This document shows, piece by piece, positions 53,799-58,319 of a DNA stretch of 58,319 nt (positions within the stretch are counted from its first letter, which is position 1; each line of letters starts with the position of its first letter). The DNA is from Parcubacteria group bacterium (GTDB taxonomy: Bacteria; Patescibacteriota; Minisyncoccia; UBA6257; Colwellbacteraceae). The translations under genes and the position numbers were made by a program. Location: assembly GCA_041649615.1 (NCBI GenBank), contig JBAZMT010000005.1, forward strand, positions 1-58,319, given 5' to 3'. The notes under the pieces were generated by a model, which worked only from the letters and a program-made list of their open reading frames with translations, was not told where the DNA came from and ran no database searches.

Positions 53799-55169
53799 TT
53801 ATTTTTTCTTTCTCCTTCTCAAAAAGGCGGGAATGTCCCAGATGTCGTGTTTGTCTTCTTCCTCTTCCTTTTTAACTTCTCTCGTCGCTTCTCCGCTCGT
53901 GAAAAGGTTTTCAATTCTTTTATCCTCTTCGGAAGAAACAGGTTTTATCTCTTCTTCTTTCGGTTTTACGATCGGCTTAATCGGCGTTGGTTCGTCCGCA
54001 AATCTTGCGGGAGAGAAAAGAGCGATGTCTTTTTCCCTTTCTTTGGCGACACCGAGCCCGTTGAATCCGGTGGCTATCAAATTTATTTTCAGATGTCCTT
54101 TGGGAACTTTTCGGTCAAAATAAGCGCCGAAGATTATCCGCGCGCCCGGATCGGTATTCTCGGTAATGATTTTCGCCGCTTCGTTAACTTCGGACATTTT
54201 AAGGTCCGCGCCACCGGAAATGCCAAAAAGCACTCCCTTTGCTCCTTCTATGGAGCGTTCGAGAAGCGGAGAGTTAATGGCTTGCGTGGCGGATTTGATG
54301 GCGCGATCCGCGCCGGAAGATTGGCCGACTCCGACAATGGCGACCCCCGTTCCCTGCATGATCGCCCTGATGTCGGCAAAATCAACGTTTACGAGTCCGG
54401 GACTTGAAATTATTTCCGAAACTCCCTGAACGGTGCTTTTAAGCACGTCGTCAATTTTCAAAAAAGCTTTGTTAATGGAAGTATCGTTTCCGATAATGGA
54501 AAATACGCGATCGTTCGGAATAACGATAAGCGAATCAACTTTGTCGCGGAGACGAAGAACTCCGTCCTCGGCGATTCTCGTTCTTTGCGAACCTTCAAAA
54601 GCGAACGGTTTCGTTACCACCGCAACCGTGAGCGCTCCCACTTCGCGCGCCGCTTCAGCAACTATGGGCGACGCTCCCGTACCCGTTCCGCCTCCCATGC
54701 CGGCCGTAAGAAAAATAAGATCGGCTCCCTGAAGCGCTTCAATGATTTCGGCGCGGGATTCTTCGGCCGATTGTCTTCCGATTTCCGGATTCATTCCGGC
54801 TCCCAGTCCTCTCGTCAGATTACGACCGATATTTATCCGGTGTCTTACGCTCGCTTTTTCCAAATCCTGAATATCGGTGTTAAGGGCAATAAAATCTATT
54901 CCGCGGGGAAAATCATCGTACATTCGGGAAACCGCGTTGTTTCCGCAGCCGCCAACGCCGACAACTTTAATTTTTACAACCGGCATATCGCCCAGTTCTT
55001 TATTTAAAACATAAAGCTTGGGCGTAGAGATAACGGAAGAAGTTTTTCGTGAACGTTTTTTTCTGGAATATGATTTTCTTGCAGGAGATTTCTTTGAACG
55101 ACGTGTCGTTCTTTTATTTGTTCTTTTTGTTTTTTTCGGAGTGCGCTTGGAAGTTCTTTTTTTGGCCAT
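53799..55169 (-). CDS. ftsZ: Cell division protein FtsZ with a ~45-60 aa K/R/S/T-rich N-terminal extension
   Basis: 456 aa with the core IKVVGVGGCGNNAV, GGTGTG and NVDFADI, and the C-terminal peptide DIPAFLRRRKK. The ATG overlaps the ftsA stop (TAATG). Confidence 0.93.
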   Translation of the reverse strand: MAKKRTSKRTPKKTKRTNKRTTRRSKKSPARKSYSRKKRSRKTSSVISTPKLYVLNKELGDMPVVKIKVVGVGGCGNNAVSRMYDDFPRGIDFIALNTDIQDLEKASVRHRINIGRNLTRGLGAGMNPEIGRQSAEESRAEIIEALQGADLIFLTAGMGGGTGTGASPIVAEAAREVGALTVAVVTKPFAFEGSQRTRIAEDGVLRLRDKVDSLIVIPNDRVFSIIGNDTSINKAFLKIDDVLKSTVQGVSEIISSPGLVNVDFADIRAIMQGTGVAIVGVGQSSGADRAIKSATQAINSPLLERSIEGAKGVLFGISGGADLKMSEVNEAAKIITENTDPGARIIFGAYFDRKVPKGHLKINLIATGFNGLGVAKEREKDIALFSPARFADEPTPIKPIVKPKEEEIKPVSSEEDKRIENLFTSGEATREVKKEEEEDKHDIWDIPAFLRRRKKK

Positions 55170-56392
55170 TATGGCAATATGTTCTTTAATATTCTCGTTA
55201 AACGGGCCTTTCCGCTAGATTTTACCCTTAAATTTCCGTCATCGCTTGAGAGAAGAATAAGTCCCAGAACGGCGGCATAATCCGGCGATTCCACGTATTC
55301 TAGCAGACTCTGGTCTTGAACTTCAAAACTGCTCGCCTGGGGTAATCCGACCATGGCGGTGATTTTCAAGCGATCCTTAGCAAGGTCCACAATTCCTGGC
55401 AATTTGGCTCCTCCGCCCGCTAAAACGGCCCCGGCCGGGAGCTTGCCCGAAAAACCAACGGCCTTAAGATCGTTATCCACGAATTCAAAAATCTCCTCAA
55501 GACGGGATTCAATGACTTCGGCCACAAATCTCCTTGACGGGGCGCCGATCATGTTCAAATCCACTTTGCGGAGGTCTATCGTTTCCCTGCTCGGCACGTC
55601 TTTTGCCACGGCGTAGCCGTAGGCTATTTTTATTTTTTCGGCGATTGTTACCGGAATTTTAAGAGCCACTGCGATGTCGTTTGTAATGTGTCCCGCGCCT
55701 ACCGGATAAATAGCCGCGTGAATAAGTTTATCTTCCTCATATACCGCCACTCCGGTCGTGCCAAAGCCGATGTCTATCATCACCACGCCGAGTTCTTTTT
55801 GATTTTTAGTGAGAACCGCACGTGCCGAAGCGAGAGGACTATAAATCAATCCGCCTATACTGCCGCTCGTAATCTCCACGCATTTTCTCAAATTTTTGAC
55901 GGAAGGCGTAAAAGCGTCAACGAGAAAACTCGTAACTTCCAGTCTGGATCCGATCATACCCAAAGGGTCTTTAATGTCTGAAATGCCATCAACCGTAAAT
56001 TCTTTGGTAATGGTGTGGAGAATCATCCTGTTCGGCCCCAAATTAATCGCTTCGGAAGCTTGAGTGGCGCGAGCGATGTCATCCGTTCCGATTTCGGAGT
56101 TCGCGCGCGCAACGGCAACGATGCCTTTAGAAAGCTGCGTCCTTACATCCGTTCCGCCGATGTTTAAGAATATATTCTTGATCGCCGGCCGGTAAAAATT
56201 TCTTATTTCCTGCAAAACGTTCCCGACCGCTTTGGCCGCATCGTCAATGCTTACGACAATCCCCTTCCTTATGCCGGCGGAAGGTTTTGTCAATCCGTAA
56301 ACAAGTTTAATTTTGTCTTTTACCGGTTCGGCAACAACAGCTTTAATGCTGTCTCCGCCGATGTCTAGACCTAAAACCGTGTTGTGCGCCAT
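55169..56392 (-). CDS. ftsA: Cell division protein FtsA
   Basis: 407 aa with the actin-fold phosphate-1 motif VLGLDIGGDSIKAVV, then IDIGFGTT and the C-terminal part. Confidence 0.9.
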   Translation of the reverse strand: MAHNTVLGLDIGGDSIKAVVAEPVKDKIKLVYGLTKPSAGIRKGIVVSIDDAAKAVGNVLQEIRNFYRPAIKNIFLNIGGTDVRTQLSKGIVAVARANSEIGTDDIARATQASEAINLGPNRMILHTITKEFTVDGISDIKDPLGMIGSRLEVTSFLVDAFTPSVKNLRKCVEITSGSIGGLIYSPLASARAVLTKNQKELGVVMIDIGFGTTGVAVYEEDKLIHAAIYPVGAGHITNDIAVALKIPVTIAEKIKIAYGYAVAKDVPSRETIDLRKVDLNMIGAPSRRFVAEVIESRLEEIFEFVDNDLKAVGFSGKLPAGAVLAGGGAKLPGIVDLAKDRLKITAMVGLPQASSFEVQDQSLLEYVESPDYAAVLGLILLSSDDGNLRVKSSGKARLTRILKNILP

Positions 56393-56774
56393 TTAAAATT
56401 CTTTTTTCCGATAATTTTTTCATTACCTCCTCTTCCTTTTCCTCCATCTCTTTCGCGGCTTTTTTCCCCCACTCGTGATCATAACCCAAAAGATGAAGCA
56501 CTCCGTGAATAAGGAGGCGCGATATATCTTCATTATGAGCGGAGATGTAATTAGGCGCAAGATATATTTCTCCCAAATGGCGCAGTTTTTCCCCGGGACG
56601 AGGAACGTCGGCCGCCTCAAAAGACAAAATGTTGGTTTCTTTATCCCTACCTCGGTATCCCTTGTTAATATCGCGCATAATTTTGTTGGAAACCAAAAAA
56701 ATTTCCAAGTGACACCCGGAAATTTTAAGAATTTTAAGAATCTTTTTCGCCGCTTCCGCCAGTTTTTTTTCCAT
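56343..56774 (-). CDS. ybeY: rRNA maturation endoribonuclease YbeY
   Basis: 143 aa with the zinc motif HGVLHLLGYDH. The 3' end overlaps ftsA by 50 nt. Confidence 0.88.
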   Translation of the reverse strand: MEKKLAEAAKKILKILKISGCHLEIFLVSNKIMRDINKGYRGRDKETNILSFEAADVPRPGEKLRHLGEIYLAPNYISAHNEDISRLLIHGVLHLLGYDHEWGKKAAKEMEEKEEEVMKKLSEKRILNGAQHGFRSRHRRRQH

Positions 56775-56779
56775 AACTA

Positions 56780-57223
56780 TTAAAGAAGCGATTTAACCAC
56801 TTCGGAGACAACTTTTCCGTCCGCCGTTCCCTTAAATTCCGCCATGACGATTTTCATAACCGAAGGAAAATCTTTGGCGCCCGAATCAATCGCTTTTTTT
56901 GCTGCTTCTTCTATTTCTTCTCTTTTCGGTTCGGCGGGTAAATATTCTCCGATCAGTTTAAGTTCTCTTTCCTCTTGCTCGGCCAAGTCCGAACGATTTC
57001 CCTCCGAGTAGGCCAAAATGGATTCTTTTCTTTTTTTAGCTTCGCGTTTTAAAACGGCGATTACCTCTTCTTCCGTAAGATCTCCTTCTTCACTTTTCGT
57101 TCGTTTCGCGATGGCTTCATTCTGAAGCGAGGAAGTGATTAAACGCAAAACGCCGAGTCGGAAACTATCGGCGTTTTTGAGGGCTGTTTTTAAATCAGAG
57201 GCTATTCTTTCTTTAAGAAGCAT
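56780..57223 (-). CDS. GatB/YqeY domain protein
   Basis: 147 aa with a YqeY-like pattern (LKERIASDLKTALKN...EEREL..IGEYLP). Confidence 0.8.
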   Translation of the reverse strand: MLLKERIASDLKTALKNADSFRLGVLRLITSSLQNEAIAKRTKSEEGDLTEEEVIAVLKREAKKRKESILAYSEGNRSDLAEQEERELKLIGEYLPAEPKREEIEEAAKKAIDSGAKDFPSVMKIVMAEFKGTADGKVVSEVVKSLL

Positions 57224-57233
57224 CAGTCCGAAA

Positions 57234-57449
57234 TTATAACAAACCTTCTTTTCTCATTCTCTCGTATTCGGCTTTTTTATTTAACCGATGAAGAGCGGAG
57301 AGATGACGAGCTCGGTCGTTTTGGCTTCTTTTTTCAAACCTTCTTTTCTTGGCTTCCAAAAGAACGCCCGATTGCTGTACTTTCTTGGTAAAGCGAAAAA
57401 TGAGCGATCCGGCCGATTCTGATTCCTTCTTTTTGACTGTGATTGGCAT
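57234..57449 (-). CDS. rpsU: 30S ribosomal protein bS21
   Basis: 71 aa, strongly basic, with ...ESAGSLIFRFTKKVQQSGVLLEAKKRRFEKRSQ... typical of S21. Confidence 0.85.
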   Translation of the reverse strand: MPITVKKKESESAGSLIFRFTKKVQQSGVLLEAKKRRFEKRSQNDRARHLSALHRLNKKAEYERMRKEGLL

Positions 57450-57493
57450 AAACGCTAAGTATTCATATCATTTAAGCCCAAATTCGGCAAGAG

Positions 57494-57901
57494 CTAGAGC
57501 GTAAGCTTCTCTCTTACAACGGAAAGAGGCTCTCCCGATGAAAAATGAGCGATAGACTGAATGGGCCTGCCGCCGTCACCATTGTAACGAGGGATGACGT
57601 GAACGTGAATATGTTTAACCCCCTCAACTTCTCCGTGATTGATGCCAATGGTAAATCCTTTTGGTTTTAGTTTTTCTTTGACAAGAGCCGTAATTTTTTT
57701 GACGGTACCGAAAAGCGGAGCAATTTCTTCATCGGGCAGAGCGATGATGTTTTCCGCGTGAAATTTCGGAATGATGACAACGTGTCCCGGAGTAACGGGC
57801 TTAATGTCTAAAAACGCGAATGTTTTTTTGTCTTCGTAAACAACTTCGGAAGGAATTTCTTTTGCCGCAATTTTGCAGAATAAGCAGTTTTTATTTTCCA
57901 T
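57494..57901 (-). CDS. HIT family (histidine triad) protein
   Basis: 135 aa with CLFCKI near the N-terminus and the triad HIHVHVIPR. Confidence 0.9.
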   Translation of the reverse strand: MENKNCLFCKIAAKEIPSEVVYEDKKTFAFLDIKPVTPGHVVIIPKFHAENIIALPDEEIAPLFGTVKKITALVKEKLKPKGFTIGINHGEVEGVKHIHVHVIPRYNGDGGRPIQSIAHFSSGEPLSVVREKLTL

Positions 57902-58319
57902 GCAACCTTTTTTTGACTTCTTCCACGATTTTTCCCGTCGGAACGTTTTCTTGAACGCCGGTCTTCATGTCGCGAACGATGATCGTTTCTTCATAAACTT
58001 CTTTTTGCCCGATTATAAGGGCGATGGGACAGCCTTCTTTATCGGCTACCTTAAGCTGCGTTTGAAGGGAATCTTTGCCCAGCGCTTCAATCACTTTGAC
58101 GCCGTTTTTGTAAAACTCGTCAATCAAAGCGAAAGCTTTGCGGCGCGCGGTGTCTCCCACGTGAGCGATAAAGGCTCTTTCCTTTTTTTTCGGTTCGGCG
58201 CCAATTTCTCTTTCCTTTAAAATGCCGATTATCCTATCAAGACCCAAGGCGACTCCGATCGCCGGAGTGCTTCGGCCGCCGATCATTTCAGCAAGATAAT
58301 CGTACCGGCCTCCTCCACC
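57891..58319 (-). CDS. hisS: Histidine--tRNA ligase, C-terminal part (5' end beyond the right window edge)
   Basis: The minus-strand frame is open to the edge: ...GGGRYDYLAEMIGGRSTPAIGVALGLDRI (motif 3 region), followed by the anticodon-binding domain (AFIAHVGDTARRKAFALIDEF...GCPIALIIGQKE). Confidence 0.85.
   Translation of the reverse strand, partial: GGGGRYDYLAEMIGGRSTPAIGVALGLDRIIGILKEREIGAEPKKKERAFIAHVGDTARRKAFALIDEFYKNGVKVIEALGKDSLQTQLKVADKEGCPIALIIGQKEVYEETIIVRDMKTGVQENVPTGKIVEEVKKRLHGK

Noticed and set aside
56343-56392. The 50-nt overlap between ybeY and ftsA as a possible frameshift or fusion artefact.
   Set aside because: Both proteins have complete, canonical termini: the ybeY zinc motif lies well upstream, and FtsA starts with the conserved GLDIGG region. 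The overlap only involves a non-conserved basic tail of YbeY. It is probably genuine and unremarkable in a compact genome.

Overview
The window is a gene-dense segment, almost entirely minus-strand. Its gene content looks like a small-genome Patescibacteria/CPR-type bacterium, but that assignment is inference. The housekeeping backbone comprises dnaG, ddl, groES/EL, murA, gpsA, truB, nrdDG, a Zn/Mn-type ABC importer, ftsA/ftsZ, ybeY, rpsU, hisS, tRNA-Ser(GGA) and tRNA-Asn(GUU). Several accessory blocks interrupt it, and three stand out. (1) At 32.5-37.5 kb lies a TasA/camelysin-like fibre locus. It has three subunit paralogs, each with its own TTGACA promoter, a conserved purine-rich leader, an AGGAGG site with a non-ATG start, and a hairpin terminator. 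A SipW-type signal peptidase follows, translationally coupled to a 521-aa bitopic membrane protein. (2) At 37.8-40.7 kb are two paralogous proteins that join a VirB2/TrbC-like pilin hairpin, a GyrA-tower-like module and a C39-like cysteine peptidase domain. (3) At 43.6-53.3 kb is an AT-rich island abutting tRNA-Asn. It holds two decayed genes, a 1178-aa all-helical orphan, and a C-protein-controlled type II R-M system whose methyltransferase is fused in frame to a complete, cleavage-competent LexA. No CRISPR array, integrase or transposase was seen. All calls rest on my own reading of the translations and motifs; no database search was run.
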